From Anolis carolinensis (Eukaryota): 64,000 nt of DNA. This document shows positions 25,240-37,609 of the stretch, piece by piece; position 1 is the first letter of the stretch, and every line of letters begins with the position of its first letter. The notes beneath the pieces were generated by a model. The model was not told the DNA's origin. It made no database searches and was given only the letters and a program-made list of their open reading frames with translations. The position numbers were made by a program, and so were the translations under genes. The stretch spans positions 54,671,190 to 54,735,189 of the forward strand of contig NC_085846.1 in the NCBI RefSeq assembly GCF_035594765.1, in the 5' to 3' direction.

Positions 25240-26113
25240 GATTGAGGTGGGAAAAAGGGGCTGGAAAAGTGGAAAAGACTGGTGTGAGAATGAGGGGCTG
25301 GAAAAATGGGAAACTGCGGTGAGAAATGGGGCAAGACTGAAATAGGAAAGAGAGGCTGGAACCTGAGAAAGGCTGGGGATGGCAAGTGGAAAGAGGGGGG
25401 CTGGTGATAGTAAAGAAGGGGTAGGAAAGGGGAAACTAGAAAACAAGAAGACTGGGGTAGGAAAGGGATGCTGGAAAAGTGGTGAAAACTGAGATGGAAA
25501 GGGAGGAAGTGGGAAGAACTGGGGAGGGAAATTGTGTGTGTGTGTGTGTGGGGGGGGTCCTTTGGTTCTTTTGCAAGGAATCCAAGGGGCTCCTGCTGGG
25601 ACGGCGGAACCGGGGCTAGTGTTGAGCCCCAGGGTTCCTGGCACAGTTGCTTGCCTGCTCTCCTTCCTCTTCCTCTAGAGTGAGTGCTTTAAATAGCCCC
25701 AGCAGCCTGGTCCACCATCTGGTTTGGTCAAAGAGAGACAAAGCTCTACGGTTCAGCAGCAGAGCAGCCTCCTGGGGTCGCCTGCTCCTACCCTTCCCCC
25801 CCCTCCAGAAAAGAGACCTGGCCTTGGACTCCTCTAAAATGTGGCAGGGGGGGGGGGGAGGGAGAGAAAAAGAAGCCCGTAAAGGGAGCTGCTGTTCAAG
25901 TTGAAGTTCAGCTTTCCCCCCCTCTCTCCCTTCAAAATTAATCAAGCCTAAAACAAGGACACAGAGCGAGTGGCTTTGGAGGATAAAAGTGTGTGTGTGT
26001 GTGTGTTTTGGGAGTGGGTCAAAAAATAAGCCCAGACCCAGCGACCCCTGTGAAAGCGTCGATCCACCCCCCCCCCCCCAAAGGGGTCACAACCCACAGA
26101 TTGAGAAACGTTG
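25240..26113. mobile_element. GC/purine-rich hAT-like remnant with degenerate tandem repeats
   Basis: The right end GGGTCACAACCCACAGATTGAGAAACGTTG resembles a hAT terminus. GCTGGAAAAGTGG and GGGGTAGGAAAGGG recur in 25250-25530. The left TIR was not found. Confidence 0.45.
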
Positions 26114-26289
26114 ATCTATAGGAATGCCCATTCACCAATGTCACCAAAATGATTCAATGTGGGTGAATCTGACAGACCCCATCCCACATTTTTTTCACTT
26201 GTTTTCACGCAGATCCAGAGCTCAGAAGATTATTTCTGCATTTGATAACGTCCCTCCTGTCAAGACTTGTGTATAATTAAAATCCATTA

Positions 26290-26900
26290 GATCTAGCTCT
26301 ACCTTCTGAGGCCTCAGATAACAGACCTGTCCTTCCTTTCTGTGACAGCCAGGCATGTAGCCGGGGGGGGGGGGGGGGAGAGAGAGAGAGAGACTTGAGG
26401 GGCTTCAGCCTCCCCCCCCCCCAAAATTCTCAAGGTGGTCCACGAGAAGGCCTTAAATTTATTATTTGAACTGTTATGTTTATTCATAACATAATCTGAT
26501 CACCATTCTCAATATATCCCATATGCATGGGGGTATTGGGATAACGATACAAAAGGTTTGCTAGGGCAAATCCTCTCTCACTCAGACTCAGCCCCGCACC
26601 CCCACCCCGCCGAACCAAAATCCTGGCTACGGGCCTAGTGACAGCCATTCAGTTAGTTAAAAAATGCAGTTTTATCTTCACTAAATTGAACATGTCCAGC
26701 TCCTTCAACCTTTCTCATGTTTTGTTCTCTGTACCCCATATCATCCTTGTTGTCCTTCTCTGAACTTATTCCAGCTTGTCTAGATCATTCTTAAAATAAA
26801 TTCAGTACTCCAAAGGAGGAACTATTACTCCCTTCAACTTCGAAACTACACTTCCATTAGACTAAAAAAAGCATACAGCTTCTTTGCTGCAGCATTACTC
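26290..26900 (-). mobile_element. Old CR1 fragment hosting a hAT MITE
   Basis: Diverged similarity to the CR1 at 11800-12130 on both sides of the MITE. Confidence 0.55.
26350..26637. mobile_element. hAT MITE (same family as 18172)
   Basis: Perfect 8-bp TSD GTGACAGC and TIR CAGGCATGTAGCC / GGCTACGGGCCTA. Confidence 0.92.
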
Positions 26901-28576
26901 ATAAAAATGGTAAATTCCCTTATAATTAAAAAATAAAGGGGTTTACGACAGATGACAGATATGTCTAGTATGGTAATGTAAATGTTATCAATGCGGCTGT
27001 ATGAGTAAAAATGTAGACACTGTTTGAGCTCAGTTTCGCTGCTGAAAGAAAACATCCTGTATAATTGATTCTGTATTTTAAAAGGCCAGGAGCTGAAAAG
27101 AGAAATTATACCACTATTTGCCAACAGCAAGACATAAAATCTAATTGTTCTGTGAAAGAAAAACAGTAGTTTCATTTCATTTCACCCCACATCCAGAGCT
27201 GCCATACACACACTGGTTGAATTTAGCTATAGATTTTTTAAAGGTTAAAAAACACCCTGAGTGCCTACGTGTGATTCACCTCCTAATAATGTTTAGTGCC
27301 TTAGACGAAGCTGGTTGTCTACTGTGGTTGGAAGTTTGTTTGAGTCATGTGGCAACTTAGAGTCTGGATAATAATTCCCACCCAGTCTGTGCCTAATCAA
27401 TCCCACTTTTAGATGAGGGAAAACCACATTCAGCTAGAAAGATATGCTTAAGCTACACCCAAGTCTACAGCATACCTGCCTCCACCTGTCCACACCCACA
27501 GTTACCTTTGTTAGCAGCTGAGTAAATTTCCTTTCCACTTCATGCTATAGTACTTTGGTGCTGAGAAACTGTTGGGGTGGAGAGCCATGAAGGAAAATAT
27601 TGTAATGTGTTTTCCAGTGGACATAAACTATTGATGTCATACAAGGGAATTTCTAATGTTTGTCTTCTTCCTTTCCTATTTAGACATTGGTCACTCAGTT
27701 ATGCTTTGCTCTCTAGATAGGTATGTGTCTGTTTCTGCCTACAAGTCTACATTAGATCAGAAGCAAAACAATATGAATAAAACACCACATGTATTACAGT
27801 AGTCTTATCATAGACGGCTATCTCTTGCACACTTATAACTGCCATCAGAGTGTATGAATAAGACTTACTGGACCACTGACTCAGGTCTGGCTCTTATAAA
27901 ACTTTTGGCCTGAGATTATGAGCACAAGGCACAAAGTACGTGATTAAAATGAGAAGTGTGAACAATGCTAGCTTGTGTCCATTTTCCCACAAAGTTCATT
28001 TATATCAGAAGTGGGTTCTTCTGAGCTTCGTTTCTCCAAAAAAAAAGAATAGAGAATCACATGCAAGTTGCAGTTCACACATAAGAGTTCATTGTTGGTG
28101 CATTTTTTGTCTAGGTATGCCTTCCAACCCATGGGAATGTGATTTCCTGCTTCCTGTATATATATGTAATTAACTTGGGTTTGTAGATATTGAAGAATTT
28201 GTCTTATAGAAAGAAAAGCTTTCAATCTCCTTTAAGAGACAAGAAGCAGGATATAACTGCTCATCATCATCATCATCTTCATCTTCATCTTGGTGCCCAG
28301 TTTTCCCTTCAGCCAGATACTGAACACCTTAACATGTAGCGCCCATAGTTTCTCTTGCCAAGAAACTATCTGTGCAATTAGCCATACAAGCAATAGCTGG
28401 ACTTATATCCTCTGCTCTGGCAAGAATACCTTGACTGACCCCCTTGCAGAGCTGAAGTAGTTCAGGCTGAGGACTTTTACTTCTTGGGGTGCAGCCATAA
28501 ATAGCTCTTCCCAATCAATAAAAGTAAATTAATAATTAAATTAAGTAAATACTAACCAATCAACTAACTAACAATA

Positions 28577-29528
28577 TGTTACAGAGGGTCATAGGATTAG
28601 TCCCCATTACCTCACATCACAGACAACAGGTGGGGGAACCATTTTGAGATTAGAGATAGGTGTGATGCCTCATGGGCCTTGTAGTCCTGTTCCTGGTACT
28701 ATCGTGGCAGATGAAAATGAAAACATGGGGTTTTCGCCGGTTCAACAAGAGCCGGAGTCCCTTCACCTGCCGGATGTTGATGTTTGCCCTCAAGAATTCA
28801 GTAAACCAGGCCTTGGGCAGTACTCCCCTCCGTTTCCCAGGAAGGAATCTTATTCTAGAGACAGAGGAGTTAGAGAAGCTAATCGGAGAAGTCTAAGAAT
28901 CGCTGCCAAACAACTGGCTGATTAGGTCTGCTTCCCTTGGGAAATTCTAAGGAGTAATGCATCTGGACAGAGTGGGTTTCGCTTCTCGTTCTCTAGGGAA
29001 AGAGATTGTTGGCGGGAAAACGAGACCCAATATAGGGGTTTGGCGCGAGAGATTCTTTGCGGAGTCAATTGATCAGCTTCAGGAGAGAGATCTTGTGTGG
29101 ACTTCGTAACCCCAGTTCCTTCCTTCCCGGATCTAGTTTTCGAGCCTTGCCTTGCCTTGCAGTTTAACCACGGACCCTGTTCCACGCTTCACGTTTTGCC
29201 TTGTTTCTAGTCATGGACCTAGTCAAGAATCAAGTTTATTTCCAGCCTTGCTGTCAAGCTTCATTGGACTTCTAAGACTCTGACATTTCCCCACACTATT
29301 GCTTGGCAAGAGTGTGTGTTTTGGTCAAGTGGATTAAAACTTTGAACTCTAATATCATTTATTGGACAATACATTTTTGGACTATATTTGACCTCTTTTG
29401 AAAGGTCTGTTTCTGAACTATATTCTTCACTTGTTTTTATTGCTTTTATATATTTCTTTAATAAAGATATTAGATAGAGACTGGCCTCTGTGTAGGGTTA
29501 TTGGTGCCCAGCAGCCAGGGTTCTGACA
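28577..29528 (+). mobile_element. Solo LTR (Gypsy-like)
   Basis: TGTTACAGA...TCTGACA termini, a TATA-like CAATATAGG near 29028, AATAAA at 29460-29465, CpG-rich. ATA on both flanks, but no clean 4-6 bp TSD. Confidence 0.75.
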
Positions 29529-29605
29529 ATAGGTAAGTTAGTTTTTGGAACTGCAGCTCACAAATCCCTCCCTAAGCCCCAGGAGCATATACAGTGGCTA
29601 TGCTA

Positions 29606-31226
29606 AAATCAATTTATATCCCCATACCAAAAAAGGAAAACACCAAAGAATGCTCAAACTTTTGTACAATGGCACTTATTTCCCATGCCAGTAAGATAAT
29701 GCTCAAGATCCTGCAAGGCAGACTTCAGCAATACATGGAGTGAGAGTTGCCAGATATCCAAGCTGGGTTTAGAAAAGGCAGAGGAATGAGAGACTAAATT
29801 GCTTTATCTAACCGATGGATAATGGAGGAAGTCAGAGAGTTTCAGAAAAACATCTATTTCTGCTTTATTGACTATTCTAAAGCCTTCGACTGTGTGGATC
29901 ATAATAAACTGTGGCATGTACTTGGTGGTATGGGGATACCAAGTCACCTTGTCTGTCTCCTGAGAAATCTGTATAAAGACCAAGTAGCCACAGTAAGAAC
30001 AGACCACGGAACAACAGACTGGTTGAGCCTCCGGTGGGCAAGGGGATAAAAGCCTCGTGACTTGAAGGTTGGGTTGCTGACCTGAAATCTGCCATGTTCG
30101 AATCCCACCCGGGGAGAGCGCGGATGAGCTCCCTCTATCAGCTCCAGCTCCATGCGGGGACATGAGAGAAGCCTCCCACAAGGATGGTAAAACATCAAAA
30201 ACATCAGGGCGTCCCCTGGGCAATGTCCTTGCAGACGGCCAATTCTCTCACTCCAGAAGCAACTCCGGTTGCTCCTGACATGAAAAAAAACAAAACAAAA
30301 AACAGACTGGTTCAAGATTGGGAAAGGAGGACGGCAGGGCTGCATACTTTCACCTTCCCTATTCAACTTGTACGCAGAACACATCATGTGACGTGTGGGG
30401 CTTGATGAATTCAAGGCTGGAATTAAAATTGCTGGAAGAAACATTAACAACCTCAGATATGCAGATGATATCACTCTGATGGCTGAAAGCGAGGAGGAGC
30501 TGAGGAACCTTATCTCCAAGGTGAAAGAAGAAAGTGCAAAAGCCGGGCTGCAGTTAAACATCAAGAAAACCAAAATTATGGCAACCAGATTGATTGATAA
30601 CTGGCAAATAGAGGGAGAAAATGTGGAGGCAGTGACAGACTTTATATTTCTAGGTGCAAAGATCACTGCAGATGCAGACTGCGGCTAGGAAATCAGAAGA
30701 CGTCTACTTCTTGGGAGGAGAGCAATGGCCAGCCTCGATAAAATAGTGAAAAGCAGAGACATCACACTGGCAATGAAGGTCCGCATAGTTAAAGCAATGG
30801 TATTCCCCATAGTAACCTATGGATGTGAGAGCTGGACCATAAGGAAGGCTAGCAAAGGAAGATAAATGCTTTTGAACTTTGGTGCTGGAAGAAAATCCTG
30901 AGAATGCCTTGGACCGCAAGAAGATCCAACCAGTCCATCCTCCAGGAAATAATACCCGGATGCTCACTGGAGGGAAGGATATTAGAGGCAAAGATGAAGT
31001 ATTTTGGCCACATCACAAGAAGACAGGAAAGCTTGGAAAAGATCATGATGCTGAGGAAAATGGAAGGAAAAAGGAAGAGAGGCCGACCAAGGGCAAGATG
31101 AATGGATGATATCCTTAAAGTGACTGGCTTGATCTTGAAGGAGCAGGGGGTGGCGATGGCTGACAGGGAGCTCTGGTTCATGAGGTCACAAAGAGTCGGA
31201 AACGACTGAGTGAATGAAGAAGAAGA
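29606..31226 (+). mobile_element. BovB (RTE clade) LINE, 5'-truncated, disrupted RT
   Basis: IPIPKK.N.KECSN, FIDYSKAFDCVDH, LRYADDITLMAESEEEL and YFGHITRR motifs, with stops and frameshifts. (GAA)n tail and ATGCTA on both flanks. Confidence 0.95.
30025..30300 (+). mobile_element. tRNA-derived SINE inserted in BovB
   Basis: 12-bp TSD AACAGACTGGTT (30013-30024, 30301-30312), B box GTTCGAATCC and an A-rich tail. Confidence 0.93.
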
Positions 31227-31920
31227 ATGCTAGCTGGAGACTTCTGGTAATTATAGCCCTCAAAATAACTTTTCAATGTCTTTAAGAGCAAGAAAGGTCA
31301 ACAGGACTAGGCTAGAAGAACCAAACTCAGTATTAGCTCATTATAAGACACAGATACAAGAAATAGTTATATAATCTCTGCAACGGATATATATGGTCCA
31401 TGCCAGAAAGCAAACTTTTTCTGGTTTTTGAACATTAGACACCAATCTTTATAGGAGACTATTGGCCTCCTATAAAGATATCAATTTCTTTAAGCTCTCT
31501 ATCAAACAGTGACAGTATAGTCCCCTTATTTCGTGATGGACAACATTTTTCTGTATTACAGATATTTCTGTTAGACGATAAATGATCTTTAAACAGTTTA
31601 AGCCACTGAAGTGTCAAGTGACTGAGGGTCTTCCCTCTCTTTTGTTTCATGATGACTTGAGTGGGAATAAAGGACTATTTAGTACTTCCCAGAAAACACT
31701 CAACACCTGCTTCAGTAATTTCTGGTGTTCATGGCAGAGCCACCTCATAAAGATTAACTCCGGAAGAACTTAAGTAGACTGTTTTCTTTTCGACGCATAC
31801 ATTTGACTTCATTTTTGCTGTGTGTGCTTACTAACAACATACTGCAAGTATCTGTAAATGATAATTTGCCCACACTCTATAAATTTATTAATCAAAATTG
31901 TCATGGATGCAAAACACCAC

Positions 31921-31995
31921 TATTTATTTATTTCCAACATTTATATCCCGCCCTTCTCACCCGAAGGGACTCAGGGCGGCGTAAACAATTGGCAA
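31921..31995 (-). mobile_element. L2-type 3' tail
   Basis: (TATT)n then CCCGCCCTTCTCACCCGAAGGGACTCAGGGCGG. Confidence 0.7.
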
Positions 31996-32769
31996 CTCCC
32001 CAAAGACTTCATTGTTTGGTATATTCTTAATATAAATGGGAAAATAAATACATCTCAGACTAAGGGATCAACAGTATCATGACTCAAAGAAGTCCTGGAG
32101 AATAGCATCATATAACCTCTTAGCAATATATGGAGTTGCCTACTCAAACAGGAGTGCGCATTCTCCTCAATAAATGTTGTAGATCTTCTTGGAACTTGCT
32201 CTTCCATCCCTCAGGATTGCTCATAACCTTTCCTTGAGCAAGAATTCCTTATGTGACTCAACAGTAACAAACAGTCTTTGGGAACATGTCAAATTTCCAA
32301 GTAATACCACCAATTCTTTGAGACTTAACAGTAACTAGACTGCCTGGAAATTTCCAGCATTCAGAAATAATCAAGAAATGCAGACTGAAGGAAAAAATAC
32401 TGCTGGAAGTTGTGCTGAGTAAGATGTGTCATGCAGCTTTTCTTCTTCAGTGGTTTCACTGACTATTTCAGAGAAAGAAAGACTTGCATTCTTCAGAGGA
32501 AGATGCAAAACTTTCATAATATACCTAATTGTGATACACTGTGTGATAGGGAGAAAATGCTTCTTGACCCCAGCTGGTCATCAGCTTATGCTAAGGGGCA
32601 TGAAAACAATAGAATTTGTAACTTAATCCTTTTTATTGTAAATGCAGATGTGGTCATTCTCTTATATTAATACTATAAATCAAGTCTTCACCTACTTTTA
32701 ATAGCACATGCCACATCTACACAGAAATAAGTCATCATAAGCCATCTCCTCTCCCATTAATTTCTCCTT

Positions 32770-33163
32770 TAGAATCATAGAATCATAGAATAGTAGAGTT
32801 GGAAGAGACCACATGGGCCATCTAGTCCAACCCCCTGCTAAGAAGCAGGAAATCGCATTCAAAGCACCCCCGACAGATGGCCATCCAGCCCCTGCTTAAA
32901 AGCCTCCAAGGAAGGAGCCTCCACCACGGCCCCGGGGAGAGAGTTCCACTGTCGAACAGCTCTCACAGTGAGGAAGTTCTTCCTGATGTTCAGGTGGAAT
33001 CTCCTTTCCTGTAGTTTGAAGCCATTGTTCCGTGTCCTAGTCTGCAGGGCAGCAGAAAACAAGCTTGCTCCCTCTTCCCTATGACTTCCCTTCACGTATT
33101 TGTACATGGCTATCATGTCTCCTCTCAGCCTTCTCTTCTGCAGGCTAAACATGCCCAGCTCTT
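32770..33163 (-). mobile_element. CR1 LINE 3' end (young)
   Basis: ORF 32859-33194 carries an intact CR1 ORF2 C-terminus (LGMFSLQKRRLRGDMIAMYKY...WNSLP..VVEAPSLEAFK) and an ATTCTATG tail. Confidence 0.95.
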
Positions 33164-33814
33164 TACTTTCATTTGTGATGTGTACTATCCACATAGCAAC
33201 TGCAATGATTTAATAAAAGGGCAAACGATTCTGTTTCTGTTTCTAAGGACAGGCATGGAAAGGGAAAACTGTCATGTAGAGAGTTGGCCAACCAACTGCA
33301 GATAGCTATTGTCTCCAGCCCTGAGGTTTCTGGGTCAAAACCTGAGACTTCAGACCTCATTATATTAGCCAGGTGAATCTGTTGCCCCACGCACCACTCC
33401 CTTGAAGTGACACTATCCCATCACGTGGGGGAGCATCACCCGTGCAGCACAGAAGCAGCACAACATAGGAAACCTCCCGTGTTGAGAGCGAAGTGTCAAA
33501 TGATGCTTCCGTGTTTGCAACTGTGTGTTTCCGGCAAAGCATTCCAGCAGCACAAGGGTTAAGCACATGCATGCTTGATTGATTGCCCACAGGACCAATA
33601 GGTCAGGGCTTCCATTTGAACTGGCTGGCTGGAACTCATGAACTGAGAAATGCGGGAGGTGCCAGCTTCAACTGAGCTGTTGTTTTGTTTGTGCCACTTT
33701 GCAGCTGCATAAAGTGGTCCTTCGGGTGAGCAGACAGAGAGAACTGACTCACCACATCAGTCAGGGTGACAGATGATCGATTCAACTCCCCATCCCATCA
33801 TGCACACCACCCTG

Positions 33815-34095
33815 ACAATTATAATTAGCACTTTGAACTGTGTCTGAAAATGGACAATGATGTTGTTGTAGTAAAAAAAGTCCTGTGTTCCTTCTAGCCA
33901 GCCCAGTTATAATCTGGCTGCAGCTCTTTGGTCCAGTTGGAGTTTCTGAACAGTCTATAAAGCCAATTCTATGTAGAGTAAGTATATTACAGTAATTAGA
34001 CTGGAATCTAATTAGACATAGAATCACCCTAGGCAGATCTACCATCTCAAGGAATGGGTGCATGTGGTGCACAGGTTTAACTGTGCACATATTCC
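33815..34095 (-). mobile_element. Old L2 fragment
   Basis: Degenerate match to the L2 at 12950-13230 (QLK.V, .YCN.L, .QFKV). Confidence 0.55.
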
Positions 34096-35645
34096 TAAGC
34101 AGCGCTGAAACTTGGGCTCCAGAGTTGAATCAAAAAGCACATTCATGTTGGAAACCTGAATCTTCAGGGGGAACACAGGTTGAATCCTTATTCCCTAATA
34201 TGCACTTGAATTGATCAGGAACCACCTTCTTCTTGTCTGATTAAGTTTTAATTTGTTCACCTTTCTGCAGCCCATTATGGCTTGTGGTGGAAAAGACTAA
34301 TAGAGTTGGGTGTGATCTGCATACTGGTGATACTAAATCCCAAAACTCTATGTATATGATAAATAGCATGGATTACAGAACCAAACCTTGGGGGCACAAG
34401 GGCTTGAAGTGGCATCCCCTAGCACTACCTCCTGAGTTCATCCCTCCAAGAAGTAATGGAGCCACTACAAAAATGCTCCAAGTCCCATCCCAGCAAGGTG
34501 AGCTAGAATGGTATAATGGCCGATTGTATTAAAAGCTGCTAAGGGGTCCAGAAAAATCAACAGAGACACACATGCCCATCTAACTCCTGGCTTAGGTCTT
34601 CCACGTCACTGTCTTATAACTGGGCCAGAATCCAGAATGAAATAAATCCAAATAATTGGTTTCAAGAAATCCCTGGAATTGGTAGGCCACCACATACTCT
34701 AGAACCCTGCCTAAAATGGAATATCAGAGACTGGCCAGTAATTATCCAAAGTGGGATCCAGTGAGGGCTTTTTAAATAATTATTTTATATCCACCTCCTT
34801 CAGACTAGCTGAATCCCTGCCTTCCTTTTGTAAGTTCTAACCATAATCTCTGACCACTGAGCCAGCCTCCCTCTAATTTTTAATAAATCAGGAAGGGCAA
34901 GGATCTATGTCTTTTAATGTAGTATCCAGCCAATTAAAATGTTGTAAAATGGAGGGCCACAATTGAAGAATTTCAGGGAGTATACCATTTGCTCAATAGA
35001 TGAAGCAGCTCCCCAAAGTTGTCAGTGTCCTATCAAGGGCTGCAGGAGATGGTGTCCTCCTAGACACCATCTGTGGCTACAGACATTCATTTTGGTCCAG
35101 ATATTTTGCAGCTGTCACCCCTGCCGCAACAGTAGCACTTTGCCTTTACAGCATAGTATGTGTTGTATTCCAAATGCCAACTGGGATGGATGATGAACAC
35201 CCTCTGTGCCTGAATTTAAATGGATGGGGGGAGTGACAGTAAGATCGAGTTCTTCTTCTGACAAGCCTTTGGCAGATTATTGATTGTCATCAAACTTATT
35301 CCATTTCTTGATCACTGCCAAAAGTGCCACCTACATGCCTGATGGCAATTAGTCCTTTGAGGTGCTAATGAAAAAGAACAGCCTGCATAACTTGCAGGAC
35401 GGAGGCCATCCATATCCATATATAACACACATACATACACACACAATGAACACATACAAACACATAGCCTCCTCCTTCCCTTTCTACATGCCAGTGACCA
35501 CCCACTTCCCTGCTGAGATTTGAGGAGTGGTATGTTGGCAATCAAATAATATAAAAGTAGAATATTTTACTGTAAATCATTACTTTGTTTTAAAATCTAA
35601 TAATATAACAATATTAATTTAAATCTCCTGACAATGATATACATA

Positions 35646-36043
35646 CCCTGTTTCCCCAAAAATAAGAGATCTCTTGAAAATAAGACCTAGTAGAGGTTTT
35701 GCTGAATTGCTAAATATAAGGCCTCCCCGAAAGTAAGACCTAGCAAAGTTTTTGTTTGGAAGCATGCCTGCCGAACAGAACGCCAGAGCATGCAGGATTG
35801 GTAAATGTACATGGAAATAATGGTAGTAACAAGAAATTCTTGATAGGATTCATAGTTTGTCGACTTATGCTGGTTTGTGATGGCAACTACTGTACTGTAT
35901 ATAATAAATGTTCATTTTTTGTTCAACAATAAATGTGAATTCTTCTTCATGAAAAAATAAGACAGCCCCTGAAAATAAGACCTAGTGCATCTTTGGGAGC
36001 AAAAATTAATATAAGACACTGTCTTATTTTCAGGGAAACACGG
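35646..36043. mobile_element. Tc1/mariner (pogo/Tc2-type) non-autonomous element
   Basis: TIR CCCTGTTTCCCCAAAAATAAGA / TCTTATTTTCAGGGAAACACGG, TA TSD and repeated AAAATAAGACCTAG. Confidence 0.85.
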
Positions 36044-36435
36044 TAATACCTATCATTCTTTCACTCTGAACCCTGTGATTTATTTCTAGAACTTAAAATT
36101 ATCCACAATCACAAAAACACACATTTTCCTATAGTCTGTTTTGTGATCTAAATGTCCTTGGGTTTTCTGATTCAAACATAGCTTGGAAGAATGGGTACTA
36201 AATTCAGAGTGATAGAATAGATATATTTATGGCTTGGTATTTATGGTATTTATGCCTTGGCCAGTAACAGGAATATCTAAAGAGAAAGTCTGTTCTCATG
36301 ACATTTCCAGTCCAAATGCTGTATATCTAATATCTGGATAGATACACAGAGTAGTTGGTGATGCACCAAATATTTATTTCCTATGACAAAATGGCATGCT
36401 TTCCAATTGAGCTATAATGATGTTATGACTTATCA

Positions 36436-36570
36436 CAGTGGTTCTCAACCTGGGGTCCCTAGATGTTTTTGGCCTACAACTCCCAGAAAATCCAGCCAGT
36501 TTACCATCTGTTAGGATTTCTGGTAGTTGAAGGCCAAAAACATCTGGGGACCCCAGGTTGAGAACCACTG
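36436..36570. mobile_element. hAT (Charlie-type) palindromic MITE
   Basis: TIR CAGTGGTTCTCAACCTGGGGTCCC and perfect TSD ACTTATCA. Confidence 0.95.
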
Positions 36571-36776
36571 ACTTATCACAAGTGAATGGTACTTACAGAT
36601 GCTTTTCTTTTAAAAAATGCACAATAGTAACAATAATAACAATATTAAATTTTATTTGTTACTTGCCTCATCTCACAACTCAAGGAGAGGTACAATACAG
36701 CTACAGCGGATTATCATAAAATGCATACAATAGAATGCATATATCAAAATGCTATGTTTCATTGCATAATTGCATA

Positions 36777-37040
36777 GGTGCCTCCAGTGGCCTAGGGGAC
36801 AAAAGCCTTGTGACTTGAAGGTTGGGCTGCTGACCTGAAAGCTGCCAGGTTCGAATCCCACTCGGGGAGAGTGCGGATGAGCTCTCTCTATTGGCTCCAG
36901 CTCCATGCGGGGACATGAGAGAAGCCTCCCACAAGGATGGTAAAACATCAAAACATCCGGCCATCCCCTGGGCAACATCCTTGCAGATGGCCAATTCTCT
37001 CACTCCAGAAGCAACTCCAGTTGCTCCTGACACAAAAAAA
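36777..37040 (+). mobile_element. tRNA-derived SINE (family of 30025)
   Basis: Close match to 30025-30290, with TSD core ATTGCATAATTG on both sides. Confidence 0.92.
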
Positions 37041-37451
37041 ATTGCATAATTGTCACATTTCCCCCCCTTTTAGGGAAAGGGAAAGGGGAGTGGAAAGGGG
37101 AGCCTTGTAAGTTCCCCATTCCCACAAGTGGCCTGGATCTTCTCGGATCTTTCAGCTGCAAACCGGAAATGACTATTTGGCAACCCACTCGTTTTTGGGA
37201 GGCACATGAAAACGAATCCATAGGTCTCCCAGAATTCAGCCAACAGAAATGGATTTAGGTTTGGCCGAAATGCACAAGCCTACTGTCTTGGTCTGGTGAG
37301 ATTTACAATTCAACAATAACTGGAGGAGGACACCCTCCCATGTGTTCAACTACATCTATATAGCTGCTATATTGTTCCAATTAAGTCAGTATTATTGTTG
37401 GATTGTTGTATGTATTCCGAGCTGTATGGCCATGATCCAGAAGTATTCTCT

Positions 37452-37492
37452 CCTGATGTTTCGCCCACATCTATGGCAGGCATCCTCAGAGG
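37452..37492 (-). ncRNA. Minimal type I hammerhead ribozyme motif
   Basis: Minus strand reads CCT-CTGAGGA-TGCCTGCCATAGATGTGGGC-GAAAC-ATC-AGG. Confidence 0.65.
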
Positions 37493-37568
37493 TTGTGAGG
37501 CATGGAGAAACTAGGCAAGGAAGGTGCCTAGTTTCTCCTTCCTTGCCTAGTTTCTCCATGCCTCACAA

Positions 37569-37609
37569 CCTCTGAGGATACCTGCCATAGATGTGGGCGA
37601 AACGTCAGG
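37569..37609 (+). ncRNA. Minimal type I hammerhead ribozyme motif
   Basis: CCT-CTGAGGA (37572-37578), stem II, GAAAC (37599-37603), GTC, then AGG. Helix III is the palindrome ACGT. Confidence 0.72.

Noticed and set aside
25204-25945. Pro/Phe-rich and Glu/Arg-rich ORFs
   Set aside because: These are low-complexity translations of purine-rich repeats in a transposon remnant.
29944-30666. 240-aa minus-strand ORF
   Set aside because: It is the antisense reading of BovB RT plus the inserted SINE.
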